Of a stretch of DNA of 64,000 nt, positions 41,101-53,772 are shown piece by piece. A program made the position numbers and the translations under genes. Positions within the stretch are counted from its first letter, which is position 1. Every line of letters starts with the position of its first letter. Source of the DNA: Balanoglossus misakiensis. Lineage: Eukaryota > Animalia > Hemichordata. A model generated the notes under the pieces. That model saw nothing but the letters and a program-made list of their open reading frames with translations. It made no database searches and was not told where the DNA came from. The stretch lies in assembly GCA_040954595.2 (NCBI GenBank), contig CM082593.2, positions 10,301,200 through 10,365,199 of the forward strand. Reading direction: 5' to 3'.

Positions 41101-44100
41101 GATTTTTTTTCAAAAATCGACAAAATTTTGAGATTTTGCAAAGTCGAAAATTTGTAATTTTTTGATGATTTTCACCCATGTTTTTTTTCAAAATTGAACG
41201 AACCCATGATTTTTTTCAAAAATCGACGAAATTTTGAGATTTTGCAAAGTCGAAAATTTGTCATTTTTTGATGATTTTCACCCATGATTTTTTTCAAAAA
41301 TCGACAAAATTTTTAGATTTTGCAAAGTCGAAAATTTGTCATTTTTTGATTATTTTCACCCATGATTTTTTTCAAAAATCGACAAAATTTTTAGATTTTG
41401 CAAAGTCGAAAATTTGTCATTTTTTGATGATTTTCACCATGATTTTTTTTTAAAAATCGACGAAATTTTGAGATTTTGCAAAGACGAAAATTTGTCATTT
41501 TTTGATGATTTTCACCCATGTTTTTTTTCAAAAATCAACGAACCCATGATTTTTTTTCAAAAAAGGACAAAATTTTGAGATTTTGCAAAGTCGAAAATTT
41601 GTCATTTTTTGATGATTTTCACCCATGATTTTTCTCAAAAATCGACGAAATTTTGAGATTTTGGAAAGTCGAAAATTTGTCATTTTTTGATGATTTTCAC
41701 CCATGATTTTTTTTCAAAAATTGACGAAATTTTTAGATTTTGCAAAGTCGAAAATTTGTCATTTATTAATGATTTTCACCCATGATTTTTTTTTCAAAAA
41801 TAGACAAAATTTTGAGATTTTGCAAAGTCGAAAATTTGTAATTTTTTGATGATTTTCACCCATGTTTTTTTCAAAATTGAACGAACCCATGATTTTTTTC
41901 AAAAATCGACGAAATTTTTAGATTTTGCAAAGTCGAAAATTTGTCATTTTTTGATGATTTTCACCCATGATTTTTTTCAAAAATCGACGAAATTTTGAGA
42001 TTTTGCAAAGTCGAAAATTTGTCATTTTTTGATGATTTTCACCCAAGACTTTTTTTCAAAAATTTACGAAATTTTGAGATTTTGCAAAGTCGAAAATTTG
42101 TCATTTTTTGATGATTTTCACCCATGTTTTTTTTTTTTCAAAAATCGACGAAATTTTGAGATTTTGCAAATTCGAAAATTTGTAATTTTTTGATGATTTT
42201 CACCCATGTTTTTTTTCAAAAATCAACGAACCCATGATTTTTTTTCAAAAGAGGACAACATTTTGAGATTTTGCAAAGTCGAAAATTTGTCATTTTTTGA
42301 TGATTTTCACCCATGATTTTTTTCAAAAATCGACGAAATTTTGAGATTTTGCAAAGTCGAAAATTTGTCATTTTTTGATGATTTTCACCCATGATTTTTT
42401 TCAAAAATCGACAAAATTTTTAGATTTTGCAAAGTCGAAAATTTGTAATTTTTTGATGATTTTTACCCATGATTTTTTTTTCAAAAATCGACGAAATTTT
42501 GAGATTTTGCAAAGACGAAAATTTGTAATTTTTTGATGATTTTCACCCATGACTTTTTTTCAAAAATTTACGAAATTTTGAGATTTTGCTAAGTCGAAAA
42601 TTTGTCATTTTTTGATGATTTTCACCCATGATTTTTTTCAAAAGTCGACGAAATTTTGAGATTTTGCAAAGTCGAAAATTTGACATTTTTTGATGATTTT
42701 CACCCATGTTTTTTTTCAAAAATCAACGAACCCATAATTTTTTTTCAAAAATCGACGAAATTTTGAGATTTTGCAAAGTCGAAAATTTGTCATTTCTTAA
42801 TGATTTTCACCCATGTTTTTTTTCAAAAATCGACAAAATTTTGAGATTTTGCAAAGTCGAAAATTTGTAATTTTTTGATGATTTTCACCAATGTTTTTTT
42901 TAAAAAATAAACGAACTCATGATTTTTTTCAAAAATTGACAACATTTTGAGATTTTGCAAAGTCGAAAATTTGTCATTTTTTGATGATTTTCACCCATGA
43001 TTTTTTTCAAAAATCGACGAAATTTTGAGATTTTGCAAAGTCGAAAATTTGTCATTTTTTGATGATTTTCACCCATGATTTCTTTTTTCAAAAACCGACA
43101 AAATTTTGAGATTTTGCAAAGTCGAAAATTTGTCATTTTTTGATTATTTTCACCCATGATTTTTTTCAAAAATCGACAAAATTTTTAGATTTTGCAAAGT
43201 CGAAAATTTGTCATTTTTTGATGTTTTTCACCATGATTTTTTTTTAAAAATCGACGAAATTTTGAGATTTTGCAAAGACGAAAATTTGTCATTTTTTGAT
43301 GATTTTCACCCATGATTTTTTTTCAAAAATGTACGAAATTTTGAGATTTTGCAAAGTCGAAAATTTGTCATTTTTTGATGATTTTCACCCATGATTTTTT
43401 TCAAAAATCGACAAAATTTTGAGATTTTGCAAAGACGAAAATTTGTCATTTTTTGATGATTTTCACCCATGATTTTTTTCAAAAGTCGACGAAATTTTGA
43501 GATTTTGCAAAGTCGAAAATTTGACATTTTTTGATGATTTTCACCCATGTTTTTTTTCAAAAATCAACGAACCCATAATTTTTTTTCAAAAATCGACGAA
43601 ATTTTGAGATTTTGCAAAGTCGAAAATTTGTCATTTCTTAATGATTTTCACCCATGTTTTTTTTCAAAAATCTACAAAATTTTGAGATTTTGCAAAGTCG
43701 AAAATTTGTAATTTTTTGATGATTTTCACCAATGTTTTTTTTTAAAAATAAACGAACTCATGATTTTTTTCAAAAATTGACAACATTTTGAGATTTTGCA
43801 AAGTCGAAAATTTGTCATTTTTTGATGATTTTCACCATGATTTTTTTTAAAAAATCGACGAAATTTTGAGATTTTGCAAAGACGAAAATTTGTCATTTTT
43901 TGATGATTTTCACCCATGATTTTTTTTCAAAAATGTACGAAATTTTGAGATTTTGCAAAGTCGAAAATTTGTCATTTTTTTATGATTTTCACCATGATTG
44001 TTTTTTTCAAAAATCGGCGAAATTTTGAGATTTTGCAAAGACGAAAATTTGTCATTTTTTGATGAATTTCACCCATGATTTTTTTTAAAAATGTACGAAA

Positions 44101-47100
44101 TTTTGAGATTTTGTCAAATTTGTCATTTTTTGATGATTTTCACCCATGATTTTTTTCAAAAATTTACGAAATTTTGAGATTTTGCAAAGTCGAAAATTTG
44201 TCATTTTTTGATGATTTTTACCCATGATTTTCTTTTTCAAAAATCGACGAAATTTTGAGATTTTGCAAAGTCGAAAATTTGTCATTTTTTGATGATTTTC
44301 ACCCATGACTTTTTTTCAAAAATTTACGAAATTTTGAGATTTTGCAAAGTCGAAAATTTTTCATTTTTTGATGATTTTCACCCATGTTTTTTTTCAAAAA
44401 TCAACGAACCCATGATTTTTTTTCAAAAATCGACGAAATTTAGAGATTTTGCAAAGTCGAAAATTTGTCATTTCTTAATGATTTTCACCCATGTTTTTTG
44501 TTCAAAAATCGACAAAATTTTGAGATTTTGCAAAGTCGAAAATTTGTCATTTTTGGATGATTTTCACCCATGATTTTTTTCAAAAATCGACGAAATTTGA
44601 GATTTTGCAAATTCGAAAATTTGTAATTTTTTGTTGATTTTCACCCTTTTTTTTCAAAAATCAACGAACCCATGATTTTTTTTCAAAAATCGACAAAATT
44701 TTGAGATTTTGCAAAGTCGAAAATTTTTCATTTTTTGATGATTTTCACCCATGATTTTTTTCGAAAATCTACGAAATTTTGAGATTTTGCAAAGTCGAAA
44801 ATTTGTCATTTTTTGATGATTTTCACCCATGATTTTTTTCAAAAATCGACAAAATTTTGAGATTTTGCAAAGACGAAAATTTGTCATTTTTTGATGATTT
44901 TCACCCATGATTTTTTTCAAAAGTCAACGAAATTTTGAGATTTTGCAAAGTCGAAAATTTGTCATTTTTTGATGATTTTCACCCATGTTTTTTTTCAAAA
45001 ATCAACGAACCCATAATTTTTTTTCAAAAATCGACGAAATTTTGAGATTTTGCAAAGTCGAAAATTTGTCATTTCTTAATGATTTTCACCCATGTTTTTT
45101 TTCAAAAATCGACAAAATTTTGAGATTTTGCAAAGTCGAAAATTTGTCATTTTTTGATGATTTTCACCATGATTTTTTTTAAAAAATCGACGAAATTTTG
45201 AGATTTTGCAAAGACGAAAATTTGTCATTTTTTGATGATTTTCACCCATGATTTTTTTTCAAAAATGTACGAAATTTTGAGATTTTGCAAAGTCGAAAAT
45301 TTGTCATTTTTTTTATGATTTTCACCATGATTGTTTTTTTCAAAAATCGGCGAAATTTTGAGATTTTGCAAAGACGAAAATTTGTCATTTTTTGATGAAT
45401 TTCACCCATGATTTTTTTTAAAAATGTACGAAATTTTGAGATTTTGTCAAATTTGTCATTTTTTGATGATTTTCACCCATGATTTTTTTCAAAAATTTAC
45501 GAAATTTTGAGATTTTGCAAAGTCGAAAATTTGTCATTTTTTGATGATTTTTACCCATGATTTTCTTTTTCAAAAATCGACGAAATTTTGAGATTTTGCA
45601 AAGACGAAAATTTGTAATTTTTTGATGATTTTCACCCATGACTTTTTTTCAAAAATTTACGAAATTTTGAGATTTTGCAAAGTCGAAAATTTTTCATTTT
45701 TTGATGATTTTCACCCATGTTTTTTTTCAAAAATCAACGAACCCATGATTTTTTTTCAAAAATCGACGAAATTTAGAGATTTTGCAAAGTCGAAAATTTG
45801 TCATTTCTTAATGATTTTCACCCATGTTTTTTTTTCAAAAATCGACAAAATTTTGAGATTTTGCAAAGTCGAAAATTTGTCATTTTTGGATGATTTTCAC
45901 CCATGATTTTTTTCAAAAATCGACGAAATTTGAGATTTTGCAAATTCGAAAATTTGTAATTTTTTGTTGATTTTCACCCTTTTTTTTCAAAAATCAACGA
46001 ACCCATGATTTTTTTTCAAATATCGACAAAATTTTGAGATTTTGCAAAGTCGAAAATTTTTCATTTTTTGATGATTTTCACCCATGATTTTTTTCGAAAA
46101 TCTACGAAATTTTGAGATTTTGCAAAGTCGAAAATTTGTCATTTTTTGATGATTTTCACCCATGATTTTTTTCAAAAATCGACAAAATTTTGAGATTTTG
46201 CAAAGACGAAAATTTGTCATTTTTTGATGATTTTCACCCATGATTTTTTTCAAAAGTCGACGAAATTTTGAGATTTTGCAAAGTCGAAAATTTGTCATTT
46301 TTTGATGATTTTCACCCATGTTTTTTTTCAAAAATCAACGAACCCATGATTTTTTTTCAAAAATCGACGAAATTTAGAGATTTTGCAAAGTCGAAAATTT
46401 GTCATTTCTTAATGATTTTCACCCATGTTTTTTTTTCAAAAATCGACAAAATTTTGAGATTTTGCAAAGTCGAAAATTTGTCATTTTTGGATGATTTTCA
46501 CCCATGATTTTTTTCAAAAATCGACGAAATTTGAGATTTTGCAAATTCGAAAATTTGTAATTTTTTGTTGATTTTCACCCTTTTTTTTCAAAAATCAACG
46601 AACCCATGATTTTTTTTCAAAAATCGACAAAATTTTGAGATTTTGCAAAGTCGAAAATTTTTCATTTTTTGATGATTTTCACCCATGATTTTTTTCGAAA
46701 ATCTACGAAATTTTGAGATTTTGCAAAGTCGAAAATTTGTCATTTTTTGATGATTTTCACCCATGATTTTTTTCAAAAATCGACAAAATTTTGAGATTTT
46801 GCAAAGACGAAAATTTGTCATTTTTTGATGATTTTCACCCATGATTTTTTTCAAAAGTCGACGAAATTTTGAGATTTTGCAAAGTCGAAAATTTGTCATT
46901 TTTTGATGATTTTCACCCATGTTTTTTTTCAAAAATCAACGAACCCATAATTTTTTTTCAAAAATCGACGAAATTTTGAGATTTTGCAAAGTCGAAAATT
47001 TGTCATTTCTTAATGATTTTCACCCATGTTTTTTTTCAAAAATCGACAAAATTTTGAGATTTTGCAAAGTCGAAAATTTGTCATTTTTTGATGATTTTCA

Positions 47101-50100
47101 CCATGATTTTTTTTAAAAAATCGACGAAATTTTGAGATTTTGCAAAGACGAAAATTTGTCATTTTTTGATGATTTTCACCCATGATTTTTTTTCAAAAAT
47201 GTACGAAATTTTGAGATTTTGCAAAGTCGAAAATTTGTCATTTTTTTATGATTTTCACCATGATTGTTTTTTTCAAAAATCGGCGAAATTTTGAGATTTT
47301 GCAAAGACGAAAATTTGTCATTTTTTGATGAATTTCACCCATGATTTTTTTTAAAAATGTACGAAATTTTGAGATTTTGTCAAATTTGTCATTTTTTGAT
47401 GATTTTCACCCATGATTTTTTTCAAAAATTTACGAAATTTTGAGATTTTGCAAAGTCGAAAATTTGTCATTTTTTGATGATTTTTACCCATGATTTTCTT
47501 TTTCAAAAATCGACGAAATTTTGAGATTTTGCAAAGACGAAAATTTGTAATTTTTTGATGATTTTCACCCATGACTTTTTTTCAAAAATTTACGAAATTT
47601 TGAGATTTTGCAAAGTCGAAAATTTTTCATTTTTTGATGATTTTCACCCATGTTTTTTTTCAAAAATCAACGAACCCATGATTTTTTTTCAAAAATCGAC
47701 GAAATTTAGAGATTTTGCAAAGTCGAAAATTTGTCATTTCTTAATGATTTTCACCCATGTTTTTTTTTCAAAAATCGACAAAATTTTGAGATTTTGCAAA
47801 GTCGAAAATTTGTCATTTTTGGATGATTTTCACCCATGATTTTTTTCAAAAATCGACGAAATTTGAGATTTTGCAAATTCGAAAATTTGTAATTTTTTGT
47901 TGATTTTCACCCTTTTTTTTCAAAAATCAACGAACCCATGATTTTTTTTCAAAAATCGACAAAATTTTGAGATTTTGCAAAGCCGAAAATTTGTCATTTT
48001 TTGACGATTTTCACCCATGATTTTTCTCAAAAATCGACGAAATTTTGAGATTTTGCAAAGTCGAAAATTTTTCATTTTTTGATGATTTTCACCCATGATT
48101 TTTTTCAAAAATCTACGAAATTTTGAGATTTTGCAAAGACGAAAATTTGTCATTTTTTGATGATTTTCACCCATGATTTTTTTCAAAAATCTGCGAAATT
48201 TTGAGATTTTGCAAAGTCGAAAATTTGTCATTTATTAATGATTTTCACCCATGATTTTTTTTCAAAAATCGACGAAATTTGAGATTTTGCAAATTCGAAA
48301 ATTTGTAATTTTTTGATGATTTTCACCATTTTTTTTCAAAAATCAACGAACCCATGATTTTTTTTCAAAAATCGACAAAATTTTGAGATTTTGCAAAGCC
48401 GAAAATTTGTCATTTTTTGATGATTTTCACCCATGATTTTTCTCAAAAATCGACGAAATTTTGAGATTTTGCAAAGTCGAAAATTTGTCATTTTTTGATG
48501 ATTTTCACCCATGATTTTTTTCAAAAATCTGCGAAATTTTGAGATTTTGCAAAGTCGAAAATTTGTCATTTATTAATGATTTTCACCCATGATTTTTTTT
48601 CAAAAATCGACAAAATTTTGAGATTTTGCAAAGTCGAAAATTTGTAATTTTTTGATGATTTTCACCCATGTTTTTTTTCAAAAATTAACGAACCCATGAT
48701 TTTTTTCAAAAATCGACGACATTTTGAGATTTTGCAAAGTCGAAAATTTGTCATTTTTTGATGATTTTCACCCATGATTTTTCTCAAAAATCGACGAAAT
48801 TTTGAGATTTTGCAAAGTCGAAAATTTTTCATTTTTTGATGATTTCACCCATGATTCTTTTCAAAAATCTACGAAATTTTGAGATTTTGCAAAGTCGAAA
48901 ATTTGTCATTTTTTGATGATTTTCACCCATGATTTTTTTTCAAAAATCTGCGAAATTTTGAGATTTTGCAAAGTCGAAAATTTGTCATTTTTTGATGATT
49001 TTCACCCATGATTTTTTTTCAAAAAATCGACGAAATTTTGAGATTTTGCAAAGTCGAAAATTTGTCATTTTTTGATTATTTTCACCCATGATTTTTTTTT
49101 TCAAAAAATCGACACAATTTTGAGATTTTGCAAAGTCGAAAATGTGTCATTTTTTGATGATTTTCACCCATGATTTTTTTCACAAATCGACGAAATTTGA
49201 GATTTTGCAAAGTCGAAAATTTGTCATTTTTTGATGATTTTCACCCATGATTTTTTTTCAAAAATCGACGAAATTTTGAGATTTTGCAAAGACGAAAATT
49301 TGTCATTTTTTGATGATTTTCACCCATGATTTTTTTCAAAAATCTGCGAAATTTTGAGATTTTGCAAAGTCGAAAATTTGTCATTTATTAATGATTTTCA
49401 CCCATGATTTTTTTCAAAAATCGACGAAATTTGAGATTTTGCAAATTCGAAAATTTGTAATTTTTTGATGATTTTCACCCTTTTTTTTCAAAAATCAACG
49501 AACCCATGATTTTTTTTCAAAAATCGACAAAATTTTGAGATTTTGCAAAGCCGAAAATTTGTCATTTTTTGATGATTTTTACCCATGATTTTTCTCAAAA
49601 ATCGACGAAATTTTGAGATTTTGCAAAGTCGAAAATTTTTCATTTTTTGATGATTTTCACCCATGATTTTTTTCAAAAATCTGCGAAATTTTGAGATTTT
49701 GCAAAGTCGAAAATTTGTCATTTATTAATGATTTTCACCCATGATTTTTTTTCAAAAATCGACAAAATTTTGAGATTTTGCAAAGTCGAAAATTTGTAAT
49801 TTTTTGATAATTTTCACCCATGTTTTTTTTCAAAAATCAACGAACCCATGATTTTTTTCAAAAATCGACAACATTTTGAGATTTTGCAAAGTCGAAAATT
49901 TGTCATTTTTTGATGATTTTCACCCTTTTTTTTCAAAAATCAACGAACCCATGATTTTTTTTCAAAAATCGACAAAATTTTGAGATTTTGCAAAGCCGAA
50001 AATTTGTCATTTTTTGATGATTTTTACCCATGATTTTTCTCAAAAATCGACGAAATTTTGAGATTTTGCAAAGTCGAAAATTTGTCATTTTTTGATGATT

Positions 50101-50596
50101 TTCACCCATGATTTTTTTCAAAAATCTGCGAAATTTTGAGATTTTGCAAAGTCGAAAATTTGTCATTTATTAATGATTTTCACCCATGATTTTTTTTCAA
50201 AAATCGACAAAATTTTGAGATTTTGCAAAGTCGAAAATTTGTAATTTTTTGATAATTTTCACCCATGTTTTTTTTCAAAAATCAACGAACCCATGATTTT
50301 TTTCAAAAATCGACAACATTTTGAGATTTTGCAAAGTCGAAAATTTGTCATTTTTTGATGATTTTCACCCATGATTTTTCTCAAAAATCGACGAAATTTT
50401 GAGATTTTGCAAAGTCGAAAATTTTTCATTTTTTGATGATTTCACCCATGATTCTTTTCAAAAATCTACGAAATTTTGAGATTTTGCAAAGTCGAAAATT
50501 TGTCATTTTTTGATGATTTTCACCCATGATTTTTTTTCAAAAATCTGCGAAATTTTGAGATTTTGCAAAGTCGAAAATTTGTCATTTTTTGATGAT
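8155..50596. repeat. ~42-kb satellite array, 78-bp monomer with an interspersed ~29-bp deleted unit and higher-order duplications
   Basis: Consensus tcaaaaatcgacgaaattttgagattttgcaaagtcgaaaatttgtcattttttgatgattttcacccatgatttttt; short unit tcaaaaatcaacgaacccatgattttttt. Head-to-tail in a single orientation, with no foreign insertions seen. Confidence 0.99.
16981..35192. repeat. Tandem 2 x 9106-bp duplication within the satellite
   Basis: Identical ORF translations recur at +9106 (17458/26564, 19206/28312, 20010/29116, 21762/30868, 24337/33443, 25507/34613). Rare variants also recur, e.g. tacgaaacttt at 23301 and 32407. Confidence 0.92.
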
Positions 50597-51419
50597 AAAT
50601 ACAAACTTATTCCTTTATATTCAGAGCCCTTGTGATGTATGTAAATTCGTTTTTTTTTGTGTGTGTGTGTGCAAAAAATATGCTGATACCAGCACAACGG
50701 TCTTATTGAGACACCCCGCTCAGTACAAAATTGCCATTTAGCCATCTTTTGGTCAACAATAGGCATTTTCAGAAAACAAATATAATTGATGTTTTTGCCT
50801 TTTGTGTTCTGATGTTGTATATGCATATTTAAAACGCCATAACCATATAATGTCAATTAAATTGATGATATTGAAAGACAGGGTTGCCACAATTTGGCAA
50901 ATTTAGCCCAAAACTGAACTTAACAATAAGATGATCCATGTATACGCACTGTCTACTATAAGTCGATTATGCGTGGTGTGGAATATTTAGGTTCAGATAT
51001 GCCAGCTCGGGAGAGAGTGTTGAAATTTATTCTCTTCAATCTGAATACAAAATCAGAAATTATATTATAATTTATATCATGATACCTCCGTCATACTGAT
51101 TGGACAGGCGTGCAACGATGCTAGAATACTCAATAGAGCACTGCTAAAACTGGCCCCTGAACTAGCACGCAGCAGGGAAAATGTGGGTTTAAACTAAATA
51201 AACATAAAACCCTTGACGTTTTAATTTGGAACTGCTGTATGGGAATATTTGGGCAATGTGCAATGCCTTTCTTTTGTCATCTGTATCATGTTTAGAGCTT
51301 GGTCCCGGGCGGCGTGTTTACATTCATTGACGCGAGTTTTGTTCCATTCGTAACTTCTTTTCCTCTCGACGCTGTTTCATCATCATTATGAGTTCAACTT
51401 GGGCTAATTTTGCAAAAAC

Positions 51420-53225
51420 TCCAAATACAAACATTTTTTCGGTACAAAATGGCTAAAATGATAATTTTTTCTTGAGTAGATCTCTTTTTGGCTACAAATA
51501 GCAAAAAAGGCAATTTTGACAACCAGAGTGCCGTTTTTGGAATAGTCACCAAATTTTACACAGAATGGACTTTTCATACATGATCAGATCTCTGAATATG
51601 AAGAAAACAATTTGTCTTTAGTTTGTTTGTTTTTAATGAACATTTTTGACCAAAAAAGTGGCCGAAATTACAAATTTCAATTGAATAGGGTAAGTAAGAC
51701 TTCCGTTTTTGGAACAGTAACCACGTTTCAATATAGAATGGGCTTTTATTTATAATAAGATCACCGAAAGTGAAGAAAAGAGAATGCTTATTAATATATT
51801 CTTAAAAATAACAATTTTGTGCAAAACTTAGCCAAAAAGGTGATTTCATCATGGTTGAGGTAATTAAGACTGCATTTCTGGAATCAACACCTATTTTACA
51901 ATAAATGTACTTTTCACACATCATAGAATCTCCAAATAAGAATCAAACAGTTTGTTTATAATGATTTTCGAAAAGTGGCTTTTTGGGCAAAAACTTGTCA
52001 AAAAAGCACTGTTTTCTTGAGTGGCGCTAGTAATTTTTTTTGAATTTTTTCACATAGAGTGGGTACATAATACATCATCATCTCCGAAAGTGAAGAAAAT
52101 ATAAAAGTTTTGGGTGTTTTCTAGAAATGACACTTTTTGGGCAAAAACTTGCCAAAGGGCACTTTTATCTTGGGTGGCATCAATAAAACTGCTTTTTTGG
52201 AAATTTTTCACATAAAGTGGGCATATAATACATTATCAGATCTCCGAAAGTGAAGAAAATATATAAATTTTGAGTGTTTTCTGAAAATGACGTTTTTGGG
52301 GCAAAAAGTGGCAAAAATGGCATTTTTTCTTGAGTAGGATCAATAAGACTGCTATTTCTGGAATTAGCACCATTTTTTACATAGGTTGAACACTTCATAT
52401 ATCACATGATCTCTGAGCTTTATGAAGAAAAGTTTGTTTTTAATTTTTTTTTCTAAAAACGGCCTTTTTGGGTAATAACTTTCCAAAAGGGCATTTTTGC
52501 ATTAGGTTGGGTCAATAAATCTGCTTTTTTGGAATAATCACCAAGTTTTACATAAGATGGGCATATAAGTGAAGAAAATATAAAAATTTTGAGTGTTTTC
52601 TAAAAATGACGTTTTGGGGCAAAAAGTGGCAAAAATGGCATTTTTTTTCTTGAGTAGGGTCAATAAGACTGCTATTTCTGAAATCAGCACCGTTTTTTAC
52701 ATAGAATGGACACTTTTATCCAATGATCTCTGAATATGAAAAACACAATTTATTTTTAGTTTTTTTGTAAAAATGACCTTTTTTGACCTCAAAAAGTGGC
52801 CAAAAATGGCATTTTTGTATTGATTGAGGTCAAAAAGACTGCTTTTTTTTTAAAAGTCACCACTTTTAACATAGAATTGACTTTCCATATATCACCAGAT
52901 CAACTATTATGAAGAAAACCGTGTTTTTTAATTTTTTTCTAAAAATGACGTTTTTTTGGCAAAAAATGGTCAAAAAGGCAATTTTCTGTTGTTTTGGGTC
53001 AATCGAACTATTTTTTTCGTAATATTCACCAAATTTTACATAGAATAGGCATATCATATGTCATCAGATCTTAGAATGTGACGAAAACAGTGTGTTTTTA
53101 GTGTTTTCTAAAAAAACACCATTTTTGGGTTAAAAATGGCCAAAATGGCAATTTTGTCTTGAGTGGGGTCAATAAGACTGACATTTTTGGAATCAGCACC
53201 ATTTTTTACATAGAATGGACCTCTC
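51420..53225. repeat. Old diverged tandem repeat, ~150-173-bp unit, about 10-11 copies
   Basis: Motif gatctc(t/c)gaa..tgaagaaaa recurs near 51587, 51759, 51927, 52080, 52240, 52409, 52725, 52898 and 53067; tcaataagactgc and cacc..ttttacataga also recur. Confidence 0.85.
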
Positions 53226-53272
53226 AAACCTTCCTTACCAAAAATTCTGATTAACGGCATCTAGCTCCTGGA

Positions 53273-53357
53273 CTAGGTCCCCTGCCCCATTCCCACTGCC
53301 ATCGGCGCTACGCTCAAGGGCGCAGCCAGCGGTGGGAATGGGGCAGGGAACAGACTA
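53273..53357. repeat. GC-rich hairpin, probable small MITE remnant
   Basis: ccctgccccattcccac (53280-53296) pairs perfectly with gtgggaatggggcaggg (53332-53348). Confidence 0.7.
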
Positions 53358-53461
53358 CTTCACTTGTGGAATAAAGTGCTCATTTCTTGTGTATCTGCAT
53401 TTTGTCGATGTTATCGCTCCTCTGGCAGAGAAGCCAGGGTGCTAGCTGTTGGCTTTAATAA

Positions 53462-53713
53462 GGGACTGTTCAGAATTTACTTCCAGGGGGCGGAGAATTT
53501 TCAGAGGGGGGGGGACCACCCATTTTCTCCAAGACAAATTAGGGGAGACTAGACATAAAAGTCACAATAGGGGGACCATGGAAAATCCCCAGGAAATTTA
53601 AGGGGGGACCACATATTTCCTCCACAATTTACTAGGGGAGACCATGGGAAAAAATCACCAGGAAAATAAAAAATCCTCCATCCCCAACTTGGAAGTAAAT
53701 TCTGAACAGTCCT
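53462..53713. mobile_element. PIF/Harbinger-type MITE
   Basis: TIRs gggactgttcagaatttacttcca / tggaagtaaattctgaacagtcct; 3-bp flanks TAA and TCA; internal ggggaccac/ggggagacc repeats. Confidence 0.75.
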
Positions 53714-53717
53714 TCAT

Positions 53718-53772
53718 GGTTGTTTGTTTGTTTGTTTGCCTGTTTGTTTATTCGTATCTTTGTTTGTTTGTG
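53718..53772. repeat. Imperfect (TTTG)n microsatellite
   Basis: tgtttgtttgtttgtttgcctgtttgttt...tgtttgtttg. Confidence 0.8.

Noticed and set aside
8155-50596. CRISPR-like array (conserved ~29-bp unit recurring at intervals)
   Set aside because: The intervening sequences are satellite monomers, not unique spacers. There are no cas genes and the context is eukaryotic.
8188-50856. Over a hundred ORFs with the repeat MGENHQKMTNFRLCKISKFRRFLKKI
   Set aside because: The 78-bp monomer equals 26 codons and lacks a stop in one frame. Homopolymer length changes break the frame constantly, so there is no sign of coding constraint.
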